Below are positions 35,754 through 49,608 of a stretch of 64,000 nt of DNA, piece by piece. Source of the stretch: Octopus bimaculoides (Eukaryota); the NCBI RefSeq assembly GCF_001194135.2, contig NC_068991.1, positions 8,814,930-8,878,929 of the forward strand. Direction: 5' to 3'. The translations under genes and the position numbers were made by a program. The first letter of the stretch is position 1. Each line of letters opens with the position of its first letter. The notes beneath the pieces are model-generated. The model was not told the origin of the DNA. It saw nothing but the letters and a program-made list of their open reading frames with translations, and searched no databases.

Positions 35754-37015
35754 NNNNNNNNNNNNNNNNNNNNNNNNNNNNNNNNNNNNNNNNNNNNNNN
35801 NNNNNNNNNNNNNNNNNNNNNNNNNNNNNNNNNNNNNNNNNNNNNNNNNNNNNNNNNNNNNNNNNNNNNNNNNNNNNNNNNNNNNNNNNNNNNNNNNNNN
35901 NNNNNNNNNNNNNNNNNNNNNNNNNNNNNNNNNNNNNNNNNNNNNNNNNNNNNNNNNNNNNNNNNNNNNNNNNNNNNNNNNNNNNNNNNNNNNNNNNNNN
36001 NNNNNNNNNNNNNNNNNNNNNNNNNNNNNNNNNNNNNNNNNNNNNNNNNNNNNNNNNNNNNNNNNNNNNNNNNNNNNNNNNNNNNNNNNNNNNNNNNNNN
36101 NNNNNNNNNNNNNNNNNNNNNNNNNNNNNNNNNNNNNNNNNNNNNNNNNNNNNNNNNNNNNNNNNNNNNNNNNNNNNNNNNNNNNNNNNNNNNNNNNNNN
36201 NNNNNNNNNNNNNNNNNNNNNNNNNNNNNNNNNNNNNNNNNNNNNNNNNNNNNNNNNNNNNNNNNNNNNNNNNNNNNNNNNNNNNNNNNNNNNNNNNNNN
36301 NNNNNNNNNNNNNNNNNNNNNNNNNNNNNNNNNNNNNNNNNNNNNNNNNNNNNNNNNNNNNNNNNNNNNNNNNNNNNNNNNNNNNNNNNNNNNNNNNNNN
36401 NNNNNNNNNNNNNNNNNNNNNNNNNNNNNNNNNNNNNNNNNNNNNNNNNNNNNNNNNNNNNNNNNNNNNNNNATACACACACACATATATATATATGTGT
36501 GTGTGTCTTTGTGTTTGCTTGCCCCACCACCACTGTTTGACAACTGGTGTTGGTTTGTTTCTGTTCACCTAACTTGGTGTTTCGGCAAAAGGAACCGACA
36601 AAAAAAAAAAAAAATTTCAAAAGGAGTTGGGGTGGGGGGCATTTGTTCGACTAAAAGGCCTTCAATGAAGGACCCAAGCTTGGCCTCAGTCCATTGACTG
36701 AACCTAGCGAAAGAAGAGACTTAATTATTGTTTCAAACAAAACAGGCACAAAGCCCGAAATTGGTGCAGAAGGGAACAGTTTATATCGACGCCATATTTT
36801 CGTCCTTCAGGGTTCGATTGTATCGTCACCATACGGACATGTAAAGCTAATCTCCGCAGGATTTGAACTCAGAATATAAAGAGCCATGCCTAAATACCAC
36901 AAGGCATTTAGTCCGACATTCTAATGATTCTGTCAATCCGCCACCCTCATGCATAAATACATGCATGCATACATACATACATACATACATGCATACGTAT
37001 ATACATGTTTGTTTT

Positions 37016-37079
<64 letters not shown>

Positions 37080-37330
37080 CCTATCTATCTATCTATCAAC
37101 ACATACACATATACATTCACTTTATGTATGAGGACACACACACACACAGACACGTGCGCGCATGCGTGTGTATTCATACATAAAAAAAATGAACGTTCAT
37201 ATATAGATATATTTGTATGTACGCATATATATCTATATCCATATATCTGTGTGTGTGCGCGCGCGCGCATATATATCTATAAATATATATTTATACATGT
37301 ATATATATATAAATATATACATTTACATAT

Positions 37331-37371
<41 letters not shown>

Positions 37372-37444
37372 TCACAAACTTTACATACACACTCACACAC
37401 ACACATATATATACATATACAAACATGTTTGTATGTATGTTTCC

Positions 37445-37496
<52 letters not shown>

Positions 37497-38249
37497 GTAT
37501 ACATATATATATTTATATATTTATATACGGTGGTAGTCTATATGTATGTGTGTGTTCCCACCCACGCATAGGATGATACGTCCAGCTGCATTCAGGAATC
37601 AACTCAGTGCAGGCTATGGGGGACGGAATCAACTGTCTTTATCTAACTCCCTGCCACCCCAATGCAAGACAGTCTCCCTCTTCACAGAGTGAGATAACAA
37701 AGACGATGATTTATCAATCGGTGAGATAAAAGAAAGTCCGCCATCATCGTTTCGCTAATATCTACATCCGTGGGAAAATTATATTTTCACTATATTTTCT
37801 CACGGTTCGGTTAATTATATTGAATGAAAGTTTGGTTTTATTGAATAGGCAACAGGGCTCAAAGAAAATTTCAAATTAATGGGCTGTGGACTTAACGAAT
37901 TTTCCCAGTGCAGTTGGGACAGTACACAAAATTATTCCAGTCAAGATTTGGGAGTGCAATACTTCTAATAATTTGCATTATTGTAGAGCTCAATCATGAA
38001 TAAATGTTTCTAATATAGTATAAAATTAAAAATTATGATGAGGTAAAAGACTTTTGTCGATTATTTCGTCCCCAGTATTCGAATAGTAATTTATTTAATC
38101 AATAGACTAGGGGATAGGTTAAAGGTTAAGTTTCTGAACGCTTGGTATTTTTTCGATACTCCAAGGATCCCGCAGCCTTCATTCGATAGAATTTTTTTTT
38201 TTGACACAAGGCCAGCCCTTTTGAAGGCAGATGATTTGTCGATACCATC

Positions 38250-38730
38250 AACTTACTTTTTCTGGTACTTATTTCATAGAGCCAAGAGGGATGAAAGGCA
38301 AAGTTGACCGCAACGGAATTTGAACTCAGAACGTGGAAAGCCGGAGACAAATACAGTAAAGCATTCTGTCCTATGGTTTACTGATCCTGCCAATCCACCG
38401 CTTGCTTCAAAGGCAGCAATTTTGTGGTAGAAGCATAGTCAATTACATCGATCCCAGTACTTGACTGGTGCGTAATTTATCGACCCCGAAAAGATGATAG
38501 GATTCCTCGGCGGAATTTGAACTCAGAACGTAGCCGCAGACGAAATACTGCTAAGCATTTCGCCCGACATGCTAACGATTCTGCTAGCTTGCCACCTTAT
38601 AAATAAATATTATAATTAAAAAAAAAATTTTTCTACTCTAGGCACAAGGTTTGGAAGTTTTGGGGAGGGAACCAGTCGATTAGATCGATTCCAGTGAGCA
38701 ACTGATACTTAATTTATCGACCCCGCCTCT
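38250..38730 (-). mobile_element. Three tandem SINE family B fragments
   Basis: Repeated GGAATTTGAACTCAGAACGT and GATCCCAGT..ACTG.TACTTAATTTATCGACCCC. Confidence 0.8.
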
Positions 38731-39722
38731 TAAAGATTGATATATACATACATATATANNNNNNNNNNNNNNNNNNNNNNNNNNNNNNNNNNNNNNNNNN
38801 NNNNNNNNNNNNNNNNNNNNNNNNNNNNNNNNNNNNNNNNNNNNNNNNNNNNNNNNNNNNNNNNNNNNNNNNNNNNNNNNNNNNNNNNNNNNNNNNNNNN
38901 NNNNNNNNNNNNNNNNNNNNNNNNNNNNNNNNNNNNNNNNNNNNNNNNNNNNNNNNNNNNNNNNNNNNNNNNNNNNNNNNNNNNNNNNNNNNNNNNNNNN
39001 NNNNNNNNNNNNNNNNNNNNNNNNNNNNNNNNNNNNNNNNNNNNNNNNNNNNNNNNNNNNNNNNNNNNNNNNNNNNNNNNNNNNNNNNNNNNNNNNNNNN
39101 NNNNNNNNNNNNNNNNNNNNNNNNNNNNNNNNNNNNNNNNNNNNNNNNNNNNNNNNNNNNNNNNNNNNNNNNNNNNNNNNNNNNNNNNNNNNNNNNNNNN
39201 NNNNNNNNNNNNNNNNNNNNNNNNNNNNNNNNNNNNNNNNNNNNNNNNNNNNNNNNNNNNNNNNNNNNNNNNNNNNNNNNNNNNNNNNNNNNNNNNNNNN
39301 NNNNNNNNNNNNNNNNNNNNNNNNNNNNNNNNNNNNNNNNNNNNNNNNNNNNNNNNNNNNNNNNNNNNNNNNNNNNNNNNNNNNNNNNNNNNNNNNNNNN
39401 NNNNNNNNNNNNNNNNNNNNNNNNNNNNNNNNNNNNNNNNNNNNNNNNNNNNNNNNNNNNNNNNNNNNNNNNNNNNNNNNNNNNNNNNNNNNNNNNNNNN
39501 NNNNNNNNNNNNNNNNNNNNNNNNNNNNNNNNNNNNNNNNNNNNNNNNNNNNNNNNNNNNNNNNNNNNNNNNNNNNNNNNNNNNNNNNNNNNNNNNNNNN
39601 NNNNNNNNNNNNNNNNNNNNNNNNNNNNNNNNNNNNNNNNNNNNNNNNNNNNNNNNNNNNNNNNNNNNNNNNNNNNNNNNNNNNNNNNNNNNNNNNNNNN
39701 NNNNNNNNNNNNNNNNNNNNNN

Positions 39723-40032
39723 CGTTGTGAGTGTTTACTGAGCGAAAACACCTAAAGCTCCACGAGGCTCCGGCAGCGGATGGTGGCGAACCCTGCTGTA
39801 CTCTTTCACCACAACTTTCTCTCACTCTTACTTCCTGTTTCTGTTGTGCCTGTAATTCAAAGGGTCAGCCTTGTCACACTGTGTCACGCTGAATATCCCC
39901 GAGAACTACGTTAAGGGTACACGTGTCTGTGGAGTGCTCAACCACTTGCACGTTAATTTCACGGGCAGGCTGTTCCGTTGATCGAATCAACTGGAACCTT
40001 CGACGTCGTAAGCGATGGAGTGCCAACAATAA
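39723..40032 (+). mobile_element. Probable SINE (family F) ending in an (AAC)-like tail, abutting a LINE relic
   Basis: GC-rich repeat-like body ending GGAGTGCCAACAATAACA. The family is recalled from octopus repeats; there is only one copy in this window. Confidence 0.45.
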
Positions 40033-40680
40033 CATACGGCATCTATGTTTTTCTGTAGAAGATTAGCGTCGAAAGGTTTCTTGATTGATTGTTCTACTTT
40101 AGCATCGTCAGCATAGCTAGAAAGTGTAGCTGTCTATGTAACTGATGGCATGTCCGAGAGAGATACCATAAACAGCAGTGGTCTTCATTACTCTGAAGTG
40201 CACCACTCACAATTACTGTCCCCTTACTGAGGGCCCTGTTGGTTGCAACATCCTGATATCTGTCTTTTAAGAAGTCAAGAAACCTTCCGGTTTTTCAGTT
40301 ACGTTGTCTCTGAAGGTTGTGACATATCATCCCGTGATCAACCTTATCAAAAGCCTTTGCAAAATCGAGATATATCCACATTTGGGCGATTCATGAGTTG
40401 TTTCAACACCCAGCCTTAATGCTGCAAAAGTTGTGCAAGGTTGCTTCTTCCTGAACGGAAGCCATGCTGGGTGCTAGGGATCAAATCATTGTCTTCAAGG
40501 AACGTGATCAGCTCCCTCCGGACAATACGTTCCATGATTATTTTGTTTGCATGTGAGGTTAGCGGGACAGGCCTATAATTTTTGGCACCCATTCTGCTGC
40601 CTCCTTCATGGATAGGACATATGCCTTCCTTTAATTTTCTGGAAATTATTTCAAAAGTTCGATCACCAGCCTCCCTCCAC
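40033..40680 (-). pseudogene. Decayed CR1/L2/Jockey-group LINE reverse transcriptase
   Basis: KNYRPVPLTS...QHGFRSGRS, IYLDFAKAFDKVDH (about 40335-40375) and YADD (40104-40115). Confidence 0.85.
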
Positions 40681-40946
40681 CACTCACTATATGTCTTCTT
40701 GTTCGTTTTCTTTGGCTTGCTGTTGTTGTTGTTGTTGTTCTTCTTTTCTTCTTGTTCTTCTTCTTCTTGTTCTTGTTCTTGTTCTTGTTCTTGTTCTTCT
40801 TGTTCTTGTTCTTGTTCTAGTTCTTCTTGTTCTTCTTCTTCACCACCATCACCACCACCACCACCACCATCATTTTCTTCTTCCCCACTGTCTTCGTCTT
40901 CGTCATCATTTTCTTCTTCTTCTTCTTCTTCTTCTTCTTCTTCTTC

Positions 40947-40984
<38 letters not shown>

Positions 40985-41924
40985 TTTCTTCTTCTCCTCC
41001 GCCCCCCNNNNNNNNNNNNNNNNNNNNNNNNNNNNNNNNNNNNNNNNNNNNNNNNNNNNNNNNNNNNNNNNNNNNNNNNNNNNNNNNNNNNNNNNNNNNN
41101 NNNNNNNNNNNNNNNNNNNNNNNNNNNNNNNNNNNNNNNNNNNNNNNNNNNNNNNNNNNNNNNNNNNNNNNNNNNNNNNNNNNNNNNNNNNNNNNNNNNN
41201 NNNNNNNNNNNNNNNNNNNNNNNNNNNNNNNNNNNNNNNNNNNNNNNNNNNNNNNNNNNNNNNNNNNNNNNNNNNNNNNNNNNNNNNNNNNNNNNNNNNN
41301 NNNNNNNNNNNNNNNNNNNNNNNNNNNNNNNNNNNNNNNNNNNNNNNNNNNNNNNNNNNNNNNNNNNNNNNNNNNNNNNNNNNNNNNNNNNNNNNNNNNN
41401 NNNNNNNNNNNNNNNNNNNNNNNNNNNNNNNNNNNNNNNNNNNNNNNNNNNNNNNNNNNNNNNNNNNNNNNNNNNNNNNNNNNNNNNNNNNNNNNNNNNN
41501 NTGTCGACGCTGTCGGGCTGAACCGCAAGCGGCATCAACCCTCACTCCACAGCGTATGCAATTAGGCACACGACCCAACTAAGGGAGCCTCTAAGCGGGT
41601 CGCTCACTCTGCTAAAAACAATAGCCAATGAACCCTCAAGTTATACTCATTCTTCTTAGGAAAGAAAATGCATACTGGATAATGTAGTTCTAAATATCCC
41701 TAATAACACGAGATGGTGGTTATGGTTGGAAAGCCTTTCGATGCTTGGTTAGTTCACTGAGAGTCCAGCCTGGGCTGAACATCACCAACAACAATACGCA
41801 TTACTTTAGAGCTAAACACAGCCCTGGTTACAGTTGGCATGTATCATCATTTCGGTCTCCTCTTGTGGTGGTGTTAGCGGATGAAAGCTCAGCTACTCTC
41901 ACCATCCGCCATCTGTCTGTCTGC

Positions 41925-41985
<61 letters not shown>

Positions 41986-42597
41986 ATCAATCGATCGATT
42001 GATCGATCGACCTCTCCCAGGCTCTGTCTGTCTGTTTCTCCCTTTCTCTCCACACATACACAGATACACAGACACACACACACACACACATACGTACATA
42101 CATACATACATACATACATACAAACAATACACACACATTTCACAGCGTGTCTTTTGATTAAAAGCATAGCTATTTAATAGTCGTCCACGCGAAAAGATTT
42201 TTGTGAAGATAAAACTATTCGCCAACCACATTTCAGTTCTAAGACTGAGATTTGCTCCTAAGGTCCTCCACCTGCAAGATTTCCGCTATTACAATCCATG
42301 GGTACAGTAGGGATCTCTAGTAACAATAGAAAAAAAACAGGGAGTGACAAGTCTCTCTTATTCGTGTCAAAGCGTGCAGAAGTTAATAATATAAAAAAAA
42401 AAGCACGAAAAAACAACACAACTTCTCAAGCAAGAATAATAAGATTTTGGGTGAAGTAAAAATACAATTTAAAAACTCTGTTTTAACCTCTTGTAACAAT
42501 AGGATGGAGTCAAAGCAACTGAAAAAAGAATCCATTAAAGAAAGCATCATCTATTCTTTAGAACGAAACATTAATAACAAACAATGATGATCAATAC

Positions 42598-42681
42598 CTG
42601 AAGCACCCCAAAGCAGTGACAACTTTTAAAATTGACACTTGTCTTCCCTGGTAATCTCACAGGAGGCAAGGTAGGGTAGTA
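42598..42681 (-). other. Candidate 84-nt phase-0 exon (YYPTLPPVRLPGKTSVNFKSCHCFGVLQ) of an unidentified minus-strand transcript
   Basis: Acceptor TTTTTCATCAACCTCACCAG, donor CAG|GTATTG, open in only one frame. Confidence 0.35.
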
Positions 42682-42939
42682 CTGGTGAGGTTGATGAAAA
42701 ACGATAAGGAAAACTGCTACAGGCACAATCTGCCCACCTGCACGGAGCTACCTACCTGTTGTTTGAATCATTAAATTGTTTACACGGCTTTTCGGATTCT
42801 GGATACCTTGTCTCTTTATCGACGCGTTGGACCCTAATAGCACTCTCGCTTCGATAGGGCTGAAGTGAAAAGGGCTGAGTGAGGTAAGTGAGACTTAAAA
42901 AAATGAAAAAAAAAAAAATTCTTTTATATATTTATGTAT

Positions 42940-43360
42940 GTAGTTTGGCAGAATCGACAGAGCGCCGGAAAAAATGCTTTATAGTATTTGTTCCGGCCCT
43001 TTACGTTCTGAGTTCAAATTCCACCGGGGTCAGCTTTGCCTTTCATCCATTCGGGGATCGTTAAATTAAATCATCAATCAAATACTTCTGGAGTCGATGT
43101 ATCGGCTTGCTCCTTCCCTTAAAATTTTGCTTGTCGTCTGCCTATGGCAAGCTGGTAGAATCGTTTGCACATCGCATCGCAAAAATTACTCAGCGGCAGT
43201 TCTTCTGTTTTTAAGTTCTGAGTTCAAATTCCGCCGAGGTCGATTTTGCCTTTCATCCTTTTGGGGTTGATGAAATAAGTTCCAATTGGGCAGGGGTCAA
43301 TGCAATCGACTAGTCCCCTTTCCCACCAAATTTCAGTCCCTTGTACCCAGAGAAAAAAAG
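42940..43360 (+). mobile_element. Two tandem SINE family B copies
   Basis: Two heads with TTCTGAGTTCAAATTCC.CCG.GGTC..TTTGCCTTTCATCC. Confidence 0.8.
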
Positions 43361-43487
43361 GATTATTATACAAACTTAAATAAATTTAGGCTTCAGTCAG
43401 TGACCCAGTTCATCTCAAATTTATAAGTGACACTTGAGGTATGTGTTTATTTGTTTCTCTCTCTCTCTTTCTTCCTTCTCCCTCTCA

Positions 43488-43520
<33 letters not shown>

Positions 43521-44036
43521 CGCCATCATTTTATCAATGAAGATGGTATTGATTCATAAAACTTCCCGTGCGCGAGCACATGTAATTAGTACTCATTCGT
43601 GCATTCACAAAAACATACACCCAAACGCTTACAAAAAACGCATACTCAAATTCATGACAATATAGATATGCATACATACATACTAACTAAAGCTACAGAT
43701 ATCTTAATTAATCAAGAAATTCTAATTAATTAAAATTACATCTTTAAATTAGAACAGTCAAGGTTTAAATACTCGCGCGGTGGGCGAGGAGTCTGATCTT
43801 TAGCAACAGTTTAAAGATAAATCAGGACATGTTTCCATCTTATTAGACTTCCTCAGCGAGCTATAGTCAAACCATTACAGAAGATCTTAGGATGACAAGA
43901 GAAGAGTATACAATTTATTCTTTCGTCTGAACGAACATCTCAGAATGGCGTCATAAAATTTAAGAATGGCTGCAGAAATAAAGAAATCCTCACACACACA
44001 CACGTGTATGTGTGTGTGTATGTATACATACATACA

Positions 44037-44074
<38 letters not shown>

Positions 44075-44084
44075 TCACATACAT

Positions 44085-44230
44085 GATGGGCTTCCACACG
44101 GTTTCCGTGAACCAAATTCACTGACAAGGCATATTAATCGGCCTGGTGGCTATCGTAGAAGACACATGCCTAATGTACCACGCTGTGGGATTGAACCCGA
44201 AATCACGTCTTAACCATACAGCCATGCCAA
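44085..44230 (-). mobile_element. Degenerate SINE family A head/body
   Basis: GGGCTTCCACACGGTTTCCGT..ACCAAATTCACT.ACAAGGC. Confidence 0.65.
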
Positions 44231-46721
44231 CGCCTAAATGATATGTAATTTGCCTTTAAATTATTAAATTAAACTGAATAATTTCAAAGAGGATAACGAA
44301 AGATCGCCCATTATGAGATCTTCCTTGCAGTTTATATTATGTTCCAGAGTCGAGAAATGATCAAGTACCCAGGGTACTTTTAATCGTTGTCGTTGTTACC
44401 GACACTTCCGGTCGCTACCAAAATGGTTGAGCAGTGGTGTCATCACTCATATCCCCAACTACATCATTGTCACCATTACATACCACCGCTGCCACCACCA
44501 CCTCTACTACTACTACTACTACCACCACCATCACCACCACCATCGCTGCCACTACCGCCACCGCCGCCGCCACCATCACCACCACCACCAACACCACCGC
44601 TGCCACTACCGCCACCNNNNNNNNNNNNNNNNNNNNNNNNNNNNNNNNNNNNNNNNNNNNNNNNNNNNNNNNNNNNNNNNNNNNNNNNNNNNNNNNNNNN
44701 NNNNNNNNNNNNNNNNNNNNNNNNNNNNNNNNNNNNNNNNNNNNNNNNNNNNNNNNNNNNNNNNNNNNNNNNNNNNNNNNNNNNNNNNNNNNNNNNNNAC
44801 TGTGCACCACCTCTAACTACTGCCCCCCCATCGCTATAACCACCCTCACGACCACCGACACCACCACCACAGCATCATGGCCATCACCACCAACAACAAC
44901 AACAGCAACAGCTCCACCACCACCACCACCAGCAACAACAACAACATCATCATCGTATCAGTTGTGCAACAGGAAGTAATATAAGGATTAAATATAAATC
45001 TGGTTTAAAGGAATGATTTGAAAAAACCCACGTGACTCGATGACAAGTTGCCTGCCATGTGTCTTTCAATGTTAGTCTCTCTATTTCACTCTCTTTTGTC
45101 AATATGTGTTTAGTTGTGTGTCACTCTTCACGTTTGTCTCCCACTGTCTGCCTGTCTTTCATTCTTTCCATCCGTCTGTCTGTCTTCCCCTTTTTCTGTC
45201 TAGTTTTCAGTCTATATGTTGAAATGTTCATATCGTGTTTGTCATTCTGTGTTTATATATTTTGGGTCTAACTGTCCCCTACTGTTGTTGCTGATATTTT
45301 ACCCAAGATATTTTACCCAAGATATTTTACCCGGGCATTTCGTCTGTCTTTCAGTTCTGAGTTCAAATTCCGCCGACGTTGACTTTGCCTTTCATCCTTT
45401 CGGGTTCGATAAAATAAGTACCAGCTGAACACTTGGGTCAATGTAATCGACTTACCCACCCCCGCCAAAAAATTGCTGACCTTGTGCCAAAATTTTAAAC
45501 CAATATAGTAATATATTTTTTTATTCGTTTATACAGGAAGTTTTTTTTTTGCTTAAAAAATTTTCTGTCTGAGATAACTGAAATCAGCTGAAGTCAGTGT
45601 GATCAATGTTTAGCTTTAATTCTTACTGGTTAATGGTTGCAAGTGAGGGGTGGAGGGAAACGCAAGGAGAGAATGTGAGTTTTAGACAGTGGGATTTTGG
45701 GGAAGTAGGGTTTGTTAAAGAACATATTAATGGATCTGCGAGGATGTTGTCACAGATAAGTCTTGATCAAATACTTATGTTCAAGAGCGTCACAGCCGTG
45801 CTCACCTCATCATTTTTCAAATAGTGTATCTAGAACCACATTATCCAATGTGTTCTTTTTAAAAAGACATCAGTGGGGTTGAAAATCCTTTGGTTGCTAA
45901 TCCTAGCAAGTGGAACACCTGCGTAAACGTTTGCTCGTTGACTGTAGATCTGGGAAGTAGCAGGACATAACTGGAAAAGGTGGTTTATCTGAGAATGGTA
46001 GACGCCAGTAATGGCAACTAAAGCTGTAATATTAGTATCTTAGACAAAAGGAAGACAGCTTGATATGACAGTAGACGGTTGATTGTAGAGTCGTGTATGA
46101 GAAGGTTTTCTTCGGACTTCATCAAAAAGTTTGCGATTTATTGTGAATGCACAGTACCAGATGCCATTGCAATACACTGATGTTAGACAGCAGTACTTTT
46201 ACATTATGGCCGTAAGCTAAAAGTAGAGAGAGTGTGTGTGTGTGAGAGAGACAGAGAGAGGGAGAGTGTGTGTGTGTGTGTGAGAGAGAGAGAGTGTGTA
46301 TGTGTATGTATGCGAGTGTGTGTATGTATGTGTGTGTGTGTGTGTGTATGTGAGAGAGAGAGAGAGATGTATGTATGACAGATAAACTGCAAATCAAGTA
46401 CGAATCGAATTCGTCTCTTATAGAGTCTTAGCATGTTTTATCATGAAGTAGTAGAGAGGAGATACGACACGAGAAGAAGAGAGATATAGTAGGGTATGAA
46501 GAAGGAATAAAAGAGAGATAACGAGAGAAAGGGAGAGGTTAAGGTATAGAGATTTTACTGTATTGAATGGACTGGGCCAAGCGAAACTGAAAATGGACTG
46601 AGCCATAAACAATGTAAATCTTCCTTTAAACCTCCCTTTATCTACCACGCCATGAGTTATCGCAGCATGTCGTCTTGACAATAATTCAATTAATTATTAA
46701 AGCCCGGTGGTCAATGTATGG

Positions 46722-46875
46722 TGAGCGGCGAGCTGGCAGATATGTTAGCACGCCAGCTGAAATGCTTAGCAGTATTTCGTCTGCCGTTACGTTGCGTTTT
46801 GAGATCAAATTCCGCCGAGGTCGACTTTGCCTTTCATCCTTTCGGGGTCGATAGATTAAGTACCAGTTACGCACA
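46722..46875 (+). mobile_element. SINE family B, well preserved 5' part
   Basis: GGCGAGCTGGCAGATATGTTAGCACGCC...CCGAGGTCGACTTTGCCTTTCATCCTTTCGGGGTCGATAGATTAAGTACCAG. Confidence 0.85.
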
Positions 46876-47996
46876 ATTTATGAAATGAAACTTGAAGTTT
46901 CATTTTTGAAAAAAAAATATATGATGTATTTCAGTATGTAATTGCGCGCGCCCACCATTTTTTCTTTTTCTTTTTTACATCAAATTTCAATATAACTGAA
47001 CGTACGCTATCCAATAGGTATTTATACAAAATTTCATTAAGAAATATCTATTTTTCTGAAAGGTATGAGGAAACAAAGCTGAATATTGTGACTTATCTGA
47101 AAGTCCTCCCGCCTCGGAAGGGGCTTCTTTCAGTTTCCGTCTACCAAATCCACTCACAAGGCTTAGATCGGCTCGAGACTACTGTAGAAAGTACTTGTCC
47201 AAGGTACCACGCAGTGAGACTGAACCTGGAACAATGAAGTTGGGAAGCCAACTTCTTACTATACAGACATGCTTAATTGATTAGGAAACTGAATGACCGT
47301 TGCTTCGGGAATGAAGTCCCTTGAGATATTTCGAGTTGTAAATATTCTCTTGTCACTCTCGCCATCAGAAATGCTGTGATTGGTTCATTGCGAGCCTGTA
47401 ACCAATGACGCTAAGTTCACATAGTGTGATGCAAAATTTAATTAAATTGATTAACAATTATACAAACAAACAAGTAAGGGTGCATTAATAGAGTAGAGAG
47501 CAAGGTTAAAAGTGGTTTCGAATTGCTATTCTACCAACAGAGCAATTTAAAAGGTGGTTACCTGGCAGGTAACATAAGTAAGTATTTATCTCACAGTGGA
47601 GAGTGAATCACCTGAGTTTGTGGTGGAAGGCAGTAGTAACAGGTGCTTACTACATTAACCTTGTTGAGGAGGCGGACAAAGAGAGAGTGAGACAGGGGAG
47701 AGGGAGGAGAGAGATGCGAGTGGAGAAAGGGGAAGTGAGAGAATATAGTGAAGAAAGATAAAGAGTGACAGTGATTGTAACAATGAGGGTGAGTTTAAGA
47801 TGCTAAAGAGAGATACCTTGTTGATAATTTAACTCGATTGATTTCTGAAAAAAAAAAAAAAGACACGAAAGTTAAAAAGAAAAGAAAAAAGATGCGAAAG
47901 TTTTACAAAATGTGGGATATCCATGTTTGAAAAGAGAAGTAAACAAACGAAACAAAACTAAAAGTTTGTGAAGGGGAAGACCACGAAATAGTTTAC

Positions 47997-48143
47997 ACCC
48001 AGATAACAAGACTCCCTCTCACGTCACGAACATCGCTACCATCGACTGTTACAATTTGGGCTTTTAACTCAATGAGTCGTTTGATGTTAGCTTGTTTGTG
48101 TCTCCCGTCGTCGGATGTCGGTAAAGAGTAAAGGATCGGATAA
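47997..48143 (-). other. Candidate 147-nt symmetric exon (YPILYSLPTSDDGRHKQANIKRLIELKAQIVTVDGSDVRDVRGSLVIW)
   Basis: Acceptor TTTGTTTTTTTAATTAG, donor GT|GTAAAC, open in only one frame, unique sequence. Confidence 0.4.
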
Positions 48144-49245
48144 CTAATTAAAAAAACAAACAAAAAGCAAATAAAAGCTGGAACACAAAACACCACTAAC
48201 AAGAAAAACAACAAACATTAATACAAAGAAAAAACAAAACACGGTAAATGTTCTGAATATACGGGACTGGAGGTAATTTATATTAATATATTTCAAGATT
48301 TTCTGTTTTTTCTGGAGATATTTTTCACTCCATTCGACATTGTTTTTCGTCTTCTTCTTCGCTTTCACCTGTCTTTGTTAGTCCAACTGTTGCAGTCGAT
48401 GACATTTTTATGGAACGTCTTTGTTCGCCGCTAATATCCAGGTCAGCTTTTCACAACTTGTCTTGATCTTAAAAACGAAAATAATACACTGGTTGTCTAT
48501 ACAGTTTTATAACTTGATCAAATACATATGCAATCTTTATTTCTTCTTTAGCTCCTTTGCATGATTTTAAACTTATAAATGACCAACATTCAATTGCCAC
48601 AGTAGTTAATATACTTTTACCTAGCACGCCATTTTCTTCTCAGGTGTACTGCGCAGGTTGAGAGATTTTTTACATCAGCTAAAAGTTTAACGGTCATCTT
48701 GCTTTTAAGTTTAACCAAATCAATCTTTTAATTCACAAATTTGTTTCACTTATTTTTGGCATACAGATACATATAAAAATTAAATTACATTTACATTAAT
48801 TCAAATTCACTTGTTGTGTCGATAATCATTTTCTTCAATCATATTTTCAATTTTCTAAAATTAGACTGTCATTTATGAAATTAAATAAGTATTTTGATAG
48901 TTTTCAGTTATTTGAAAGTTAGAAACTATTTTATTTTGTCATAACATAAAGATCTCTTTAAAAAATTTTAATTCTCTTCATATATATATTTCTAATACTA
49001 AAAATATCTGATAAACCTTCAGTTCTTTTCAACACCTGAGCATTTGCAGGTAGCAAAATACATAATCTCGATGCTTATAGAATATCATCTACCTAACGAA
49101 ATTAACATCTTAAAATAATTCGATTAGATTTTCCTCAAACAATATGAAATATAATTTTGATTGCTCAGATGACGGATTGGTGTCTAGACAGTAAGTTGAG
49201 GACGACGGAAAATCTAGTTGGGTTTTCACTAAGTATTAAACACAT

Positions 49246-49320
49246 GGAGCCAACGAGGTGTCTTCTACGTAGTCATTCGATCTGTTAGAAATAGCAGCTA
49301 AATCGCCTTCAAATTTCACT
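49246..49320 (+). mobile_element. Family E repeat copy with a partial HDV-like fold
   Basis: GAGGUG-UCU-UCUACGU-AGU-CAUUC-GAU-CUGUUA GAAA UAGCAG-CUAAA-UCGCCUUC. Confidence 0.5.
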
Positions 49321-49536
49321 CTACTGATGAAATCGAATAAAGATAGATTCAACTATGTAAACTATATATATATATAGATATATAATAGTCGAACGGTCAG
49401 AGTTACAGATGCTAATATAGAAAACATGTTGTGCTCAAACGAAATCTTTATTGAAAACTCGGTCCACGGGGTAAAGAGTGACCATGAAAGAAATCCAGTT
49501 TAAGCTGATATGGAAATAGTGATGCAAATAAACACG

Positions 49537-49608
<72 letters not shown>

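Noticed and set aside
40416-41582. 370-aa ORF with acidic repeats fused to RT motifs
   Set aside because: Artificial join of an N gap, microsatellite and the LINE relic; only the RT part is meaningful.
42878-42888. Perfect plus-strand donor GAG|GTAAGT
   Set aside because: No supporting acceptor, ORF or promoter; a single motif is insufficient.
44404-44426. ETS-like ACTTCCGG plus CAAAATGG as a promoter with ORF MVEQW...
   Set aside because: The ORF runs straight into microsatellite; isolated short motifs.
45293-45332. 14-bp unit x3 (GATATTTTACCCAA); similar 15-bp unit near 19310-19345
   Set aside because: Ordinary slippage duplications with no further structure.
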